Part shown: positions 1 to 31,262 of the stretch, one piece after another
Position numbering within the stretch: the stretch's first letter is position 1
Layout of the letters: every line of letters begins with the position of its first letter
NCBI GenBank assembly: GCA_963693365.1
Contig: CAVNZM010000007.1
Coordinates: forward strand, 6,011,962 to 6,075,961
Length of the DNA stretch: 64,000 nucleotides
Source: Amoebidium appalachense
Lineage: Eukaryota; Protista; Ichthyosporea
Reading direction: 5' to 3'
Position numbers and translations under genes: made by a program
The notes under the pieces: generated by a model
What the model saw: the letters and a program-made list of their open reading frames with translations, nothing else
Told to the model about the DNA's origin: nothing
Database searches by the model: none

Positions 1-197
1 CACACACACACACGCATCCACACCAACCCACCCACACCACACACCCACACCAACACCCAAACCGACACACACCCAGCGCCGCACCCAATCACCCACCCAC
101 CCACCACTCAACACACCCACCCACCCACCCACCCACCCACCCACCCACCCACCCACCCACCCACCCACCCCACACACACATGCACAGGCACACGTAC

Positions 198-447
198 CCG
201 TACATGCCCTCCCCGATCTTTTCAATAATCTCATATTGATCCACAGACCCAGATCCCCACGCGTCCTGCGGGTGTGGTGGCCGTCTGCTCCGAAACCAAT
301 CAGAATTGAGACTGAGAAGACCAAGAGGTGGAGGGAGGGAGGGGGAGGGGGGAGGGCAGGAGACGGTTGATAGGCAACGGTCGGAAGGGGAGGGAGGTGG
401 AGAGGAGGGAAAAGAAAGTGGTGTGTGTCTCTCTGTGTGTGTGTGCG

Positions 448-512
<65 letters not shown>

Positions 513-613
513 GTGTGTGTGCGTGCGCACGCCCTCCAGTGTACATCCAGAACTTTACCCCTCCCGCTTTCTCCTCCCCTTTCCACCCTTTGGCCAAATC
601 CAACCATTCGCAC

Positions 614-652
<39 letters not shown>

Positions 653-839
653 GCACCCTACCTCGCCCCCATCACCCTCCCCCCTTTTTCTACCACCCCA
701 GAAAACCACCAAACACCAGCCTTCGCTTCTCCCCATACACAGATGACAACCCCTCCACACTCCTCCCACCCACCCGTCGACCCAGTCTCTCTCCTCGTCA
801 CAAACATCCGCCCCCCTCCCCACCCCCCACCCCCTCCTC

Positions 840-871
<32 letters not shown>

Positions 872-1690
872 AGAATAAAAATAAAAATAATAATAATAGA
901 ACCTGCACCCCCCCCCCCCCCTCCCCCCCCCTCGCAACCCCCAAAAAGCGAACTACAAAACACACTTACCGTGAACCTGTTCCCTGTCGGTTCAACGACA
1001 AAGCATCCACGGGTGGCGGTGGGCCGGCCGGGGGTGCCGGCTGCCCGGGTGTATAAACCCCCCCAACTGCTACCGGCATTGTGGGATAAGGCACAGCCGG
1101 TGGGGGGGGTAACGGCATGCCCGGGGGGATGTGAAAATTAGGTGGGAGGGGCATGGATGGCGGCTGCGGAGCCCCGGACATGGCTGCGTTTGGCGGAATC
1201 TGCGGCGGGGGTTTGGAATAATCCACCATCGGGGGTGCCATTCCGGGATATGTTTGCAAGTGTGCGTACGGGTGTTGTTGCCCCGGATAAACCCCCGTCG
1301 GGGGTGCGAAATTCATCGGAATATTTGGTGGTGGCCGGTTAAACGGGAGCGATGTTGGGAGTTTTATGGGCTGCGGCATTGCCGGATAGGTGCCTTGCGC
1401 GCCCTGCGGCATAAACCCCCCCATTTGTTGTGTTGGCGGAGGATAATTCGGATAGGACATTCCTCCGTATGGGAGTCCCGGAGGGTGGGGCGGTGGTTGT
1501 GGGGGGTTTTGTGCTGATGGAGCGCCAGGGGGCCATGCGGGGGGCATTTGGTCTGCAGGGGGGGAAGGTAGTGTTAGGTCAAGAAAGGAGGAGAGGGGGG
1601 GGGGGGGGGGGGGGAGGGGGGGGGGAAAAAGGGTGGTGCCTGTGATGGTGGAGGAGTTGGGCGGTAGTATGTGGTACGTTGGGCCCTGGG

Positions 1691-1784
<94 letters not shown>

Positions 1785-1817
1785 GTGCTTGCTTGCTTGC
1801 TTGTGCGTGTGTGTGTT

Positions 1818-1884
<67 letters not shown>

Positions 1885-1895
1885 GTGCTTGCTTG

Positions 1896-1969
<74 letters not shown>

Positions 1970-3067
1970 TCATCTGGTGTGTTGGACGTGTATTTGCGGT
2001 TTGTGCTGTTCATGTAACAGCACCAGCTGGCAGTGATTTTGCCAATCCGTCAAAAAAAAAAAAAAAGCACAAAGAAAAAAAACGTCGTGAGAGATGCCTG
2101 ATAAACAATATACTTGCATTCTGAGAAGGGCAAAAAAACCCCGCTTTAACCAGCAGCTTCTTGGTCAAATAGGCTCACTGTGGGTGCAGAAATGTTGCCA
2201 CCCGACAATACATACCATTGCAACTAGCCACAATCCCCCCCCCCCCCCTCCCCCCCCCCCTCCAAACACACACACACACAGCCATCCACCTGCACAAAAA
2301 AGTACAAACCCATGCCTGCCCCAATTCCTACCCATCCCCATCTTCCCCCCCCCACCTTCCATCAAAGACGAGGAGGCTTGAACTAGCTCGGAAAGACATA
2401 CAAAAAACCCAGAAAATTGTAAACTTACAGCCTGTTTGGTGTCCTTGTTGGTAGTTTGCACCAGCAGTGTTCGGGGGTGTCCCATATCCCTGCCCGTCTG
2501 TCATCGATGGTGGGGTTTGAAATCTGTTCTGGTTCCCACCGGCGTAGTTTGGTCCCCGATTTTGATAATTACTTCCGCCTGACTCACGTCTATCCCCACC
2601 TCTCCAGTGGTCTTCACTCCGCCTTCCCCCCCAGCGGCTCTCCCCATTTCCCTTATATCTATCTTGAGTGCTTTCGGACTTTTCCCAAAGCCGCGGTTCA
2701 TTCGTGTTGCTCATGTTTGCTTGGTTCCCTTGTGCCCCGGAACCCGATTGCCCTCGGCTAATTGAGCCTCTGTTCCCTTTTGGATAGCTTGAATCACTAC
2801 CGTTACCATCAATGGAGTAGTTCGCCTGCCCTTGCCGGCTCCCTTCTCCCCATCTGTTAGCTCCATAATATCCCCCTTCCCCTCCCCCCCCCCCCCTCCC
2901 CCTCTCCCTCCCTTGTTATCCATGTGTGGTCTCTTGTATGGTGGGCCCCAACCAGCCCCTCTCCCTCTTTCCCTATAGCTCGGATCTTGGTTCACGCTTC
3001 CGTTTTCTCGTGGATTCTGGTCCTGGTTCCATCCAGTATCCCCACCGCCTGTGTCTGGGCCACTCAT
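198..3067 (-). CDS. CDK12/CDK13/CDKC-like cyclin-dependent kinase, 5' part (runs off the left edge)
   Basis: Exons 3067-2429, 1552-970 and 284-198 join with GT/AG and consistent phase. They encode an RGG/Gly-rich N-terminus, a Pro-rich linker, then [26 protein letters not shown], matching the WGxxxVDx(Y/F)...IGEGTYG start of CDK12/13/CDKC kinases. Exon 1 needs one frameshift in the G-run at ~2883-2900. The true start could lie further upstream. Confidence 0.8.
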
Positions 3068-3526
3068 TCTAACGGCATCATCGATTGGCCCGTTTTCGAT
3101 GTTTTGTGTTGAATTGTGGCTATGTTACAGTAACATCTCCCTAAATATATACTAAGAGTTTGCAACCTATATACTGCAGCTTATAAGACCTTTATCCGTA
3201 TGCCTTACACGGTGTTAGCTAGCCTTACAACCGCATCCGTAGCGAGGAACGAGTAAAGGTACGCGGTGTGTGCAATGTTGACTGATCCGGAAGAAACCTC
3301 CGCTAGCCTTTGAATTAGGCTATAGAAGGCGTAACTACTTACACAACCTTATAAAGCAGTTTTTAAGTTTAGCCAGGTACGTGAATGATAACCTAGAGCG
3401 CAACCAAAGCTTCATAAGGGTAACAATTATTCATCAAACATGACCTCCAACGCAGAAGGGTTCACAGGTGACAGCTTCGAGAAGAAAAAACGGATGCAAA
3501 CCACACATGCAACTAAACCCCGTCAG

Positions 3527-3534
3527 TGACGTCA
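3527..3534. promoter_or_regulatory. CRE-like palindrome TGACGTCA upstream of the CDK gene
   Basis: Exact TGACGTCA about 460 bp upstream of the ATG at 3067, in non-repetitive intergenic DNA. Function is inferred. Confidence 0.3.
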
Positions 3535-3676
3535 TCGCTATTTTTGGGCTGATAGCGCAAACACACCACAGCTGATCCGGCGGCTGTCCGGCGCCGGGGC
3601 GGCCGACAACGCCATACACGCATTCAATTTTCCACATCTTCCTTGTTATTTTTCATTTCTTCTTTCCGTTACTTAT

Positions 3677-3715
<39 letters not shown>

Positions 3716-4078
3716 ATGTATACGTGCTTATGTGTGTGCCGCGTATGACGCTAATACTGTGTGTGCACGTGTGCACGCTGGCTGTGTGCTCGAGCTGTGT
3801 GCCACACGTGATGTGTACTCTGTGTCCCACCTCCCCCTCCCTCTAGAGTCTCTCTCATCCGAGCCCCCCCCCCCCCCTCCCCCCCCCCTTCCCCCCCCCC
3901 CCTACACACACACACACACCTTGTCCGCCGCGGGGGGGGGGGGGGGGGAGAAGGGGCAGGAGGGTTGACTAGCACAATTATCATAGTAGTAGCACACAGT
4001 TACGAAGGCTTTCGGAAAGCATGGCATCATGCAAAAAAGCGCAAAAAAAGAGTCTTACAGTGGCAGTCCTGCAGCTGA

Positions 4079-4109
<31 letters not shown>

Positions 4110-4128
4110 AACCGTGCACCGGCACCAC

Positions 4129-4230
<102 letters not shown>

Positions 4231-4363
4231 TGACCATAGTATTACGACCAAACTCGAAGACCCAACAAACAACCACACCAAATAAACATGTCAAATTGCA
4301 ACCGTGTTTATTAATCATTTTTTCTCGCTTTGTGCCACGGCGAAAGTTTAACGCAAACTAGGC

Positions 4364-16239
<11,876 letters not shown>

Positions 16240-16671
16240 GTTTGCTGTGTGTCTAAAAATGGAAGATGGAAAAAAGGCCTCCTCAAATTCAAAGCCCGTT
16301 TAGATCCTCTTAATAGCTGCTATATACTTTGCTATTTACACCTCTCTCTCAAATCCAGTTATGCTTGTCAGCAACAGCGTTCACAACGCCGTTCTTGCTC
16401 TCCCTCCCTCGTCGGTTGCGTTGACGTTGTCAAGGTGAAAATCCTTCTATGTCCAAGCAGGCGTCCACCAAAAAAAAATCTGCTCCACCAGAAGAGGAAA
16501 CTCCCAGTTATAACAGACTCGCCAACCAAAAATATGGATGAAACATCCGTGTCCAGATTATGGTGTAAGACAGAGAACAAAGTGCAAGCCTGGAGGGGAA
16601 AGGTGTGAATGACTCGGAAAACACCGCCAGAGGCCGGCCAAAAGTTTTCTGGAGTTGGCGCAGTGTTATGA

Positions 16672-16755
16672 TGACGTCAGTCGGTTTGGAGAGTGGTGCT
16701 AAAAATAGACGGCATTAGTCTGAATCGCGTAGTCTGACATGAGGTTGTGACGTCA
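16672..16755. promoter_or_regulatory. Two CRE-like TGACGTCA palindromes upstream of Rpn6
   Basis: TGACGTCA at 16672-16679 and 16748-16755, about 430-510 bp upstream of the Rpn6 ATG. Confidence 0.35.
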
Positions 16756-16909
16756 TTTCTTTCCCTGAAAGAACCAGGCTGGTCAACCAGCTGTACAGTA
16801 TTTGGCTGGAAAACCTCCCCCTCCCCCCCCCCCCCTCCCCCCCCCCGGCCCCCCCTCTCCCCCTCCTCCCTCCTCCTCCCCCCCCCCCCCCGCCCCCTCC
16901 GGACCCCCT

Positions 16910-16963
<54 letters not shown>

Positions 16964-17310
16964 TTCCTGCAGCCCGGCCGCGGAAATGTGTGGGGGCCAT
17001 CCCTGTGTACATGTGGCTCCAGAGCTCAACCCCTGGCCATCACGGTGAAGCAGCAAAGACACGCTTTCGAATTCCTTTTCTTCTCCCGAGTGAGCCCTTT
17101 CCTCTTCCAAAGCCCCCCCCTCCCCCCCCCCTTTTTTTTTTGCCTCGCTCTTTCCGGGCCCCCCGGGCCCTTCCCCCCACCACAACCACCACCTTTTTCT
17201 CTCGCTCTTGAATTCAGGCTCCATGTACAAAGTCATGTTGCCCTCTCCCTTACTAAATTTGATTTTTCTTCACCAAAAAATTCTAGGCCCTGGGTGCAGC
17301 AGGGAAGGAA

Positions 17311-17352
<42 letters not shown>

Positions 17353-17934
17353 TCAGAACTGTGTGCGTGTGCGCCCCATCCAACAGTACTAATATTAGTC
17401 ACACAGTGATGTCACATGTGTGTGTGGTGTGTTTGTGAATGTGTTGCATGCACGCACATGTGTGTGTTTTGTGCGCGCCCGTGTGGGTGTGTGGTGTATG
17501 TGTTCATGTGTTATTGACACAAATTGTCAGGAAGACGTGTTTTTGCTCTCTCTCTCAGAGACATCAATTCGATGGCTCCCGATGTTTTCACACTGGTGTC
17601 GTGGGCACAGTTTGTCAGTTTCATCACGTGCAGCATGTTTTTGAATTTCCACCCACATATGCATCGCAGCCAGGCGACCACAAACGGGATGTTAATATAT
17701 TATGCGGAGTGCATGGAAATGGGCGCACTAGAGTGTGCCTCATGCAGGTACACTACAAATACTTCACTATCATTCACGACTATGCACTCCTGGTCGAACA
17801 CGCGTACGCCATGACGCGTACGCGTGCTTTCACCACGTAGATCACTCTAATGTTTAAAATAATAGTTATTAAAAAAAAAAAACCAAGAAATTGATAAGCA
17901 AAAAAGGGAGAAAAAGCAATAAAAACAATAAAAT

Positions 17935-19645
17935 TTAGTGCACCAAAGGCTCCTCCTCCCCGCTCTTACTCGGCAGCTTCTTGCCAATGCGCTCATGGCA
18001 GTTTTCAACCTCCTTCTCCCAATCCGTGCGGATGATCAGCCACACCATCACCACACACACCGTCGAAAGCCCAATAAACATACCCTCCCACAGACCCTTC
18101 GTCTTGTGATCCATCTTAAACCCAAGGTAAAACCCGATGGGAATACCAAGAACATAGTTGACAATAACAGCCAAAAGGGCTCCGACCTTTTGGCGGCCGC
18201 ACCCGCGAAGAACCCCCCCACCGCACACCTGCACACCGTCGAAAACAAGGAACGCCGCAATGATAGGGAGAACAGCGGCGGTCGCTTCGACGGCCTTATC
18301 CCACGTCGTGTAAATGAGAGGAATCTGCCACCGGAGGAAGAAGGTAAGGGTGGCGGTGATAAGAGTCGCGATGAGAGAAATGCCCATGGCGACGCCGGCG
18401 GAGCGGCGCGCATGCTGAGCCTTACCCTGCCCGAGGTATTGACCGATACGGATCGACGCGGCCACGCCCAGACCCGTGGGGATCATGTCGCTGATCGAGA
18501 TGATTTGCAGAATTACAGATTGCGCGTTTAGGTATTCCGTCCCGAAGTATCCGGCGCCGAGGGTCTGAATCTCAAACGCCCAGAACTCAGCGCACAGCAT
18601 GATAAGGCCGGGAAGGGCGAGCTTAACAAAGGGGCCCCACTCCTTAAGACAATCCCTAGACCACCCATCCCACGTTTCCGATCCGGCGCCTGTCCACTTC
18701 ATGTACGCCAACAGAAGAAGGACGTTAAGCCACTGGCACCCAGCACGTGCGAGGGGTGCGCCGAGGAAGCCAAAACCGAGGGCATACATGAAGAACCAGT
18801 TAAGACCGATGCTGAAGATGTTTGAGAAGATGGCGACGTAGAGAGAGGGCTTGACAACACCCTGGCACTGGAGGTACTTTTGCAGGCACATGTAGATGAA
18901 GATGGCTGGCATGCCCACAAGAGAAACCTGAAAAAGGGGGTAGGGTCACAAGGTCAGTTTCGGTCAGTTTTGGTCTCGTGTGTCCCGGTAGAAATTAGCG
19001 GGCAAAGTTTTTGCATGCCTGGTTATGGACTCTTTCTCCTTTCTTGCTCGCTCTCCCCCCCTTTCCCTCCCCCTCCCCCTCCCCCCTCCCCACCCCCCCC
19101 CCCCCCCCCCCCCGGCCCCCACCGGCCCTTCACTCCTCCCCCCTTCCCCCACACCTCCTCCTCCCCCTCCCCCCCTCCCCCCCCCTTCCCCACCGCCGCC
19201 CCATTGCCCCCCTCAGAGTCGTATCTCTCACTCTCTCTCTACTATTCCTCCCCTCTTCCCCCCTGTCCCCCCCCCCCCCCCCCCCACTGCCGTGAGTCAA
19301 ATACACACGGGCTGAACCAAACGTCATATGCTTCCTCACTTTCCCCAGTCTCCCTGGCCCACAAGACTCTTTATCCTCTCGTCCACTGGTACTGAATATG
19401 TCCGTGCGCAAGTGGGAGGGGCGGGGGGGGGGGGGGGGGGGGGGGGGGGGGAGGCATGTGCAAAGGTCGCGATGGAAGTGGTAGCTTCGGGCTTCAAGGG
19501 GGTTGCATAAGCGGCAGAGAGAATTGGGGAGTAGTTCTTGCGCGCATCATGCCGCTTTCAGATTTACCTCCACCACACGGATATTCCCGATTACTAGGCA
19601 CAGAGGAGAGAAAAGAAAAACACCTGTACAGGTGGTTTTGCGTGG

Positions 19646-19679
<34 letters not shown>

Positions 19680-19892
19680 ATAGAATATGTTCTGGAGTGC
19701 GAAGCTCGTCACGACGGATAACAAAATGTCTACTTTCCCGAGAAGGACATGCACCAAGAGTATCCATCATAATTAGAGCCCATCCTCCGTGGGAAGGGGG
19801 GGGAAGTCATCTACATAGCACGAGGTTCGACCATGACCACCGTTGGCGATGTGGGGCTGGGGGGTAAAGGGTGGAGGAGGGTGGGGGCAGGG

Positions 19893-19929
<37 letters not shown>

Positions 19930-21064
19930 GGAGGTGGAGGAGGAGGGGGAGGGGGGGGAGGGGGGTTTTCACATGCATCCGATGTGCATGTGGGGCTGGG
20001 GGGGAAGGGGGGAGGAGGCGGGGAGGAGAGGACGGGGCGGGGCTGGGGGGGGGGAGGTGCAAGAGGAGGGGGGGGGGCGGGGGGTATATCTGCACACCTG
20101 ACAGAACTGGCCGGCCATGTGTGCTAGCTTGGCCTCCTGCTTGATGGCAAGCAGAAGTTGCTCGGCAAACACCCAGGAAAAGGCAATGGGCACGGCAAAC
20201 AGTCCCAGGATGAGCAGCGACCGCTGCAGGATAACACCGAGTTTCTTCTTTTGACCAGAACCGTAAGCCTGGGCACCGAGCGTGTCCATGGCTGATGCGA
20301 GACCCATGGCCACCGTGTTGCCGGTGATGTTGAGGAACATGGTGGAGAGGGTACCCGCACCAAGGGCCTCCTGGTCTGGAAGGTGTCCGAGGAAGAGAAC
20401 GTTGATCATACCGGGACCCATCTGCACAGGAAGGGTTGAGTGAGTGGGCTGTTATCTCTCTATGACACACAAGTTGTGCATCGTGTGTGTGCAGGTGTTT
20501 GTGTATGGCAGTGCGAGTATTACTTGCAAGCAGGAGAGGCAGGGGCAAGGATGTGGGTCCGTGATACGGTTACATGCAGGGGCTCTCTTCCATCCCATTC
20601 ATGAAAACACTTTTGTTGGACTATTTGGCAGTTACGACCATACTGTTGCACGAGCCCCTAACTGGAGGCTGGCTGCGTAGGGGGTCAGAGGAATAGACAG
20701 GAGTTAGAAGGAACGCAGGAGTTAGGGGGTGAAGTGAAGGGGTTGGACTGTGTGTGATTGGAAGGGCCCCCAGGGTTGGGTGGTATAGGGAGATGGATGC
20801 GATTGAGAACACATCACAAACCTGCAGCATGAAGGTTCCAATGACGGGCCAAGCAAGCGTCCATGTGCCCTTAATCTCCTCCATCCAGGCACGTTTTGAT
20901 TCCTGGCCGGAGAGAAGCCCCGTTGTTTCATTGTAGGCATCATCTCCCTGGCCCTCTGGGATAGCGCTTGTGAGGGTCTCAGTGAACAGGGCACTGTGTG
21001 AAGCTACGCTCACTGAGCGTGAGCGTGGGTTACTGGGTTCACGATATTCCGGATCTGTCGGCAT
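17935..21064 (-). CDS. MATE-family (SLC47/DTX-like) multidrug and toxin extrusion transporter, 3 exons
   Basis: Exons 21064-20822, 20421-20098, 18927-17935, all phase 0. Motifs: LAWPVIGTFMLQ, FLGHL, GLASAMDTLGAQAYGS, LGVILQRS, KYLQCQG, WDGWSRDCLKEWGPFVKLALPG, EFWAFE, IRIGQYLG, GVLRGCGRQKVGA. Confidence 0.95.
19679..19840 (-). mobile_element. Diverged poly-G-anchored element (subfamily C) in a MATE intron
   Basis: Follows poly-G and shares ACGGATAACA, AAGAGTAT, AGAGCCCATCCTC, GTCATC.ACA and G(A/G)G(G/T)TTCGAC blocks with subfamily A. Confidence 0.55.
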
Positions 21065-22299
21065 TTTGGAAACTCGGAGCAAGGCACAGGGACGAGCAGT
21101 GTACGAAAAAAAAGGAGAGGTACAACACTACTTGGGAAGCTCAGCTCCGCCCTCACGAAAAACCCGAAAAGCATAGCCACCGATTCTGCTTTTATAGTTG
21201 TTTGGCTATGTTTGAATTTGGTGCACCAATCAAATCGCTCTCTTCGTATCAGAGGAATTCCCCTTTGTCAGCTGGTGGCTCTTGTGGTCGACAGACTGTT
21301 GAGAAAACAGCGCTAAAACTACGGAAAGCAATCACCCATAAAGAAATATCACAACAGAGGGTCAAAATATTGATATCTTTTCATTTATAGTTTTTGCTTC
21401 AGGGCTTGGAGCGAGCACAAATACGCGACCATAACAGATTTCTGAACATCCGCCACGACCTGAACACATGCCATTCAAATTCATTTGATTGGCGGATGAC
21501 TTTCCCAAATGTGGTTAATCGCCCCAATTGCGTGAAGTTGGGTTCCTTGACATGCAGTTTCAACGGTCAAGCTGTAAAAAAATGGCCTATTGCCAGCTGA
21601 CAGTCTGAGACCTTCAGTAAGAAATTCAATCAACCAAAACACTAAAAGCACTATAATAAATACAGTGATGAGTATTATAGAAGCATAAATGTGCCAACGG
21701 CACCATTCCTTTGTAACCATTACTAATAAAGGAGAGCTAGTTAACTGTACTAGCCTAGCAAGATCAAAGAACAGCAAGACTGCAAGAGCGGGCCCCGGGG
21801 GGGTTCTAGACTCTTCGTGGAAGCCATTTGGGAGTAGAGGAGGACTTCTCTCTAGCCAAATAAAGTAATTTCAATTCGGCTGTGTCCAAATTCAGTTCAA
21901 GTTCAACCAGTTTGATTTGCTGTGCCGTTTTGAATGTTGATTGGTTGATAAGGCACCCTGTATGTAACGGTTGTGCGGCACGTTCTGACCGTCATCCGCT
22001 GCCGCCTGAAAGCATGCATGATGGAAATTCGAAGGATGAATGAAGCAACAGTTCAAAAGCAATCCAAGTGGTGTTATTGTTAGAGAACGTGTGTGGGCGC
22101 ATGTGTACCGTTGCTTTGAGCCTGGCCTACCAACTATTTTCTTATGAAGTGCAATGAAATGCAACATTGCCTTGTGCACCTTTTGAATACTAAAGGGAGC
22201 CAAGGGATCCGGAGAGAGGAGAGATCATGATCTTGAAACGGAGGGATGATGTTGGGAGGGACAGAGTGAAGGGGGGAAGGGGGAAGGAAGAGGAAGAGA

Positions 22300-22321
22300 G
22301 AGAGACCTAGAATCTGAGAGA

Positions 22322-22354
<33 letters not shown>

Positions 22355-22358
22355 GGGG

Positions 22359-22416
<58 letters not shown>

Positions 22417-22432
22417 CGAGGGGGGGGGGGGG

Positions 22433-22520
<88 letters not shown>

Positions 22521-22818
22521 GGGGCCTGGGAAAGATAGAGGTAGATAATGGTGCTCTCGGGAGAGTAGGGGGGGGGTGGGGGGAAGGGAGTGGGGGCCCG
22601 GGGGCGGGGAAGGGAGGGAATCTAGATCTAGAGAGAAGGAGAGAGGGAAAAATGAGGGAGAGGGAGTCTCAGAGAGGGCAGGGTGTGTGTGTGTTTGGGG
22701 GGGGGGGGGGGGGGGGGGGGGGATACTGAAAAAGCTAGAGGAGAAGAAAGGGGGGGGGGGGAGGGGGGGGGGTCGAGAGAGAGTGCGTGTACGTGTGTCT
22801 GTGTTAGTGAGAGAGAGA

Positions 22819-22852
<34 letters not shown>

Positions 22853-22883
22853 GAGAGAGAGTGTGTGTGTGTGTGAGAAAGAG

Positions 22884-22946
<63 letters not shown>

Positions 22947-23053
22947 CCTTTGAGAGCAAGGGAGAGAGGGAGAATGAGGGAGAGGGAGAGGGCAGGGGGG
23001 ACGTAGGGGGGAGGGGGAGAAGAGAGGAGACGGGGGGGGGGGGGGGGGGGGGG

Positions 23054-23130
<77 letters not shown>
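22300..23130. repeat. Intergenic (AG)n / poly-G / (GT)n microsatellite block
   Basis: Long (GA)n runs interspersed with G-runs, seen directly. Confidence 0.9.
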
Positions 23131-23133
<3 letters not shown>

Positions 23134-23887
23134 GAGCGAGAGATCTAGAGAAAGCCTCTGAAAGAGAGGGAGGGAAGGAGGTGGGGGAGGGATGGCTAGG
23201 GAGGGAGGGATGAAGGGAGTAATGTCTGCAGGTGTGGTGTGTATGTGTATCCAGATAGTTGCCTGCATGCAGCTGTTGCCACAAGAGGAAAGGAAATTTG
23301 TTGAGGTAAAACAAACGGTCTCTTCTATTTACAAAAAATTCATTTTCAGACCATATATGCGTACAAACTACAGCAAAACCATTCCTCTTGTATATCAATT
23401 TGAAAGCAACAGCAAAGAAAGAAAAAAAAACAAAAAAAAACCGGGGGATTACAGCAATCCACTTGTGTCAAACTATGGAACCGAGTTCCTCATATCTGTA
23501 TCTTAAACATGAATCCGTGCTACTTTCGAAACCTATGTAGATTGAACAGAACGAATCTAGCCAACAAACCTGCCCAAAATAGCTACCAGCACTCAGCCAT
23601 AAACTGTGGCCAACCGTCCGTCAGAAGAGGGTAGGGAGAGGGGAGGGAAGGGCGGGGGAGAGGCTTCCAGAGGGGCCGGGGGGGGGGGGGGGGGGGGGGG
23701 GACCAGAGAGCGAGGGGAGTGAGAGATATGAAATAGAGAAAGAATAATGGGCAGGGTGACTAGCTAAATAGAAAAACGTAACCTCCTCAGAATGATACCG
23801 TATAGTGCAGTCGACAGCTCACCGGTGGTTGCAGGGGGTTACTCGCGCGTCAATATTTGTCCACACCATGAACATAAATCCATCTCA

Positions 23888-29355
<5,468 letters not shown>

Positions 29356-30619
29356 CGTTAAAAGGTGTAGGGCCGTTTGAGGCTTATGGTATGTGTTATT
29401 GCGGTGCGGGCTTGAGTAAGATAATTCAGTGTAGTTTGGGAACGGGCGAAGCAAGGATTATCCTTCGTTTTCTATGGATTTGAGGATCGAGGATCCTGAG
29501 GCGCAAAAAGGCCCAAGCTTGGTCCACGATGTCGTTATGGAGTCCGTTACTGTTCACTCAAATCTGGAAAAGACAAAGCTATGTGCATTTTACGTTTTCT
29601 ACACTAGGCTACAGCGTGGGTGGGTTAAGCTTTGTCAAGACGTAAAAACAACTAGGCAGGAGAGGACTACTTGGGGGCTTTGCCCCATCACACTTTTTTT
29701 GCTGTTCCAAACGCGTAAGCTTGTGACCAGCTGGCAAAAAAAACGTGTATATGTACAATAGGAAAAAATCAAAGAAGTACAGGTGTCTAATCTAACAGCT
29801 AAAGAGAGAATCCCTTCAACACCAAAAAAAAAAACCCCTCTTGCTTTTTTTTTTGTGCCGTTCTTCCTGGTCAGCGGCTCTTACACTTGATTATGTGAAA
29901 CAGAGCAAGGGCTGCCATGATACGTCATCGCCTATCATGGGGGTCCAACATTTGAAAATCTGCGGCCGAATCTATCAATAAGCCGATTCATGTATGATAC
30001 TGCTTCTACCATGTCTGGTATAAATACTCTGATATTATGTCGTCGTTGAGGCAGGTCTAACTACATGTTCTTACTTAGTTGAACTAGAACTTTGTTTATT
30101 TTGCTGCAAAACTAGGCTGACAGCACATGCAACCAGAGTGCTCTTTCTCCTTTGTTGTTAGACAAGTCGGGACTCGGCCTTCCATGTAATTTCGGCCCTA
30201 TTTAGCCAAAATTTGGTGCAAATTCAACACACTTGCAAGTGCACACGTGATACAGCTGGCTTTTTATTTTTTTGTGGTTACTTCATGTTTTGGTGCGTAT
30301 AGATGATGCTTCAGTTTGTTGAATAGTTAAGATATTGGGATAGTAATAGTGGGGGAGAAAACACCAAGAGAAAGGGTTAAATACTCAAAGCAAATTTGGT
30401 TCGAGAATTCCTTTCGTACACCTGTGGATTGACTATCAGCTCCGTTAATTGAATGAAAGAAAGGTACTCCTTATGTATTTGCAACAAAGACATTTTTTGC
30501 CTATACTTCAATCTTTTGACCTGTATCAAGGACCTACATATCGAGCTCTGTCAATAAGATAGTTAAACTAGCACATTATAAGTTTTTCCACCTGATGTTA
30601 GCATAGAAGCACATCAAGC

Positions 30620-31218
30620 ATGTCGACCTTTTCAGTGCGCCAGCTTGAAGACAAGCTACAGACTCTTTCAAATTCCCAACAGTCCATTCAAACCCTTTCA
30701 CTATGGATTATCCACCATCGAAGGTCTTCAAAGCAAATTGTGGAAGCTTGGGAGCACTTTTTCATGAAATGTAAGTCTTAAGTTACTTTCCCCTCAATCC
30801 TCTTCTTTGGAGTGACTCGTCGATCTATTCGAAGTTTCCCCACGTGTCCAATTCTCTCACCTTTTTCATACTTCGACTCACCTTTTTGCTTGGATTACAC
30901 TAGCACTAGTTAACACTTCTCATGTCGAACATTTGTGTGCTTGGGTCTCCACCCCTGGTCCCCCGGCCTCGCCTTTCCCCTAGTCACTCCCTCCTCCACG
31001 TCCAAGCACGCCCACTTCCTTCCTCCTCTTATGCACATCTTTGCCGGAGCTGTGTTGATGTTATGTGGTGATATACGTTCATCTATTCACCCCGTTTAAC
31101 TTATGAGCAAGATTTGGATAGAGAGTGATGGGGGGGGGGGGGGGGGAGGGGGGGGGGGGGGAAGGGGGGATAGAGAGAGAGAGAGCGCGCAAAATAGAGA
31201 GAGAGAAGGCAGAGAGAG

Positions 31219-31262
<44 letters not shown>

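Noticed and set aside
3434-3637. 67-aa ORF upstream of the CDK gene
   Set aside because: No recognisable motif or supported splice link; probably promoter/UTR sequence.
19820-19835. GGTTCGAC tRNA B-box / tRNA gene
   Set aside because: No A-box or cloverleaf nearby; the motif is part of the dispersed element.
21266-21602. 10-bp inverted repeat TGTCAGCTGG / CCAGCTGACA as MITE ends
   Set aside because: Short, partly self-palindromic, and no clear target duplication.
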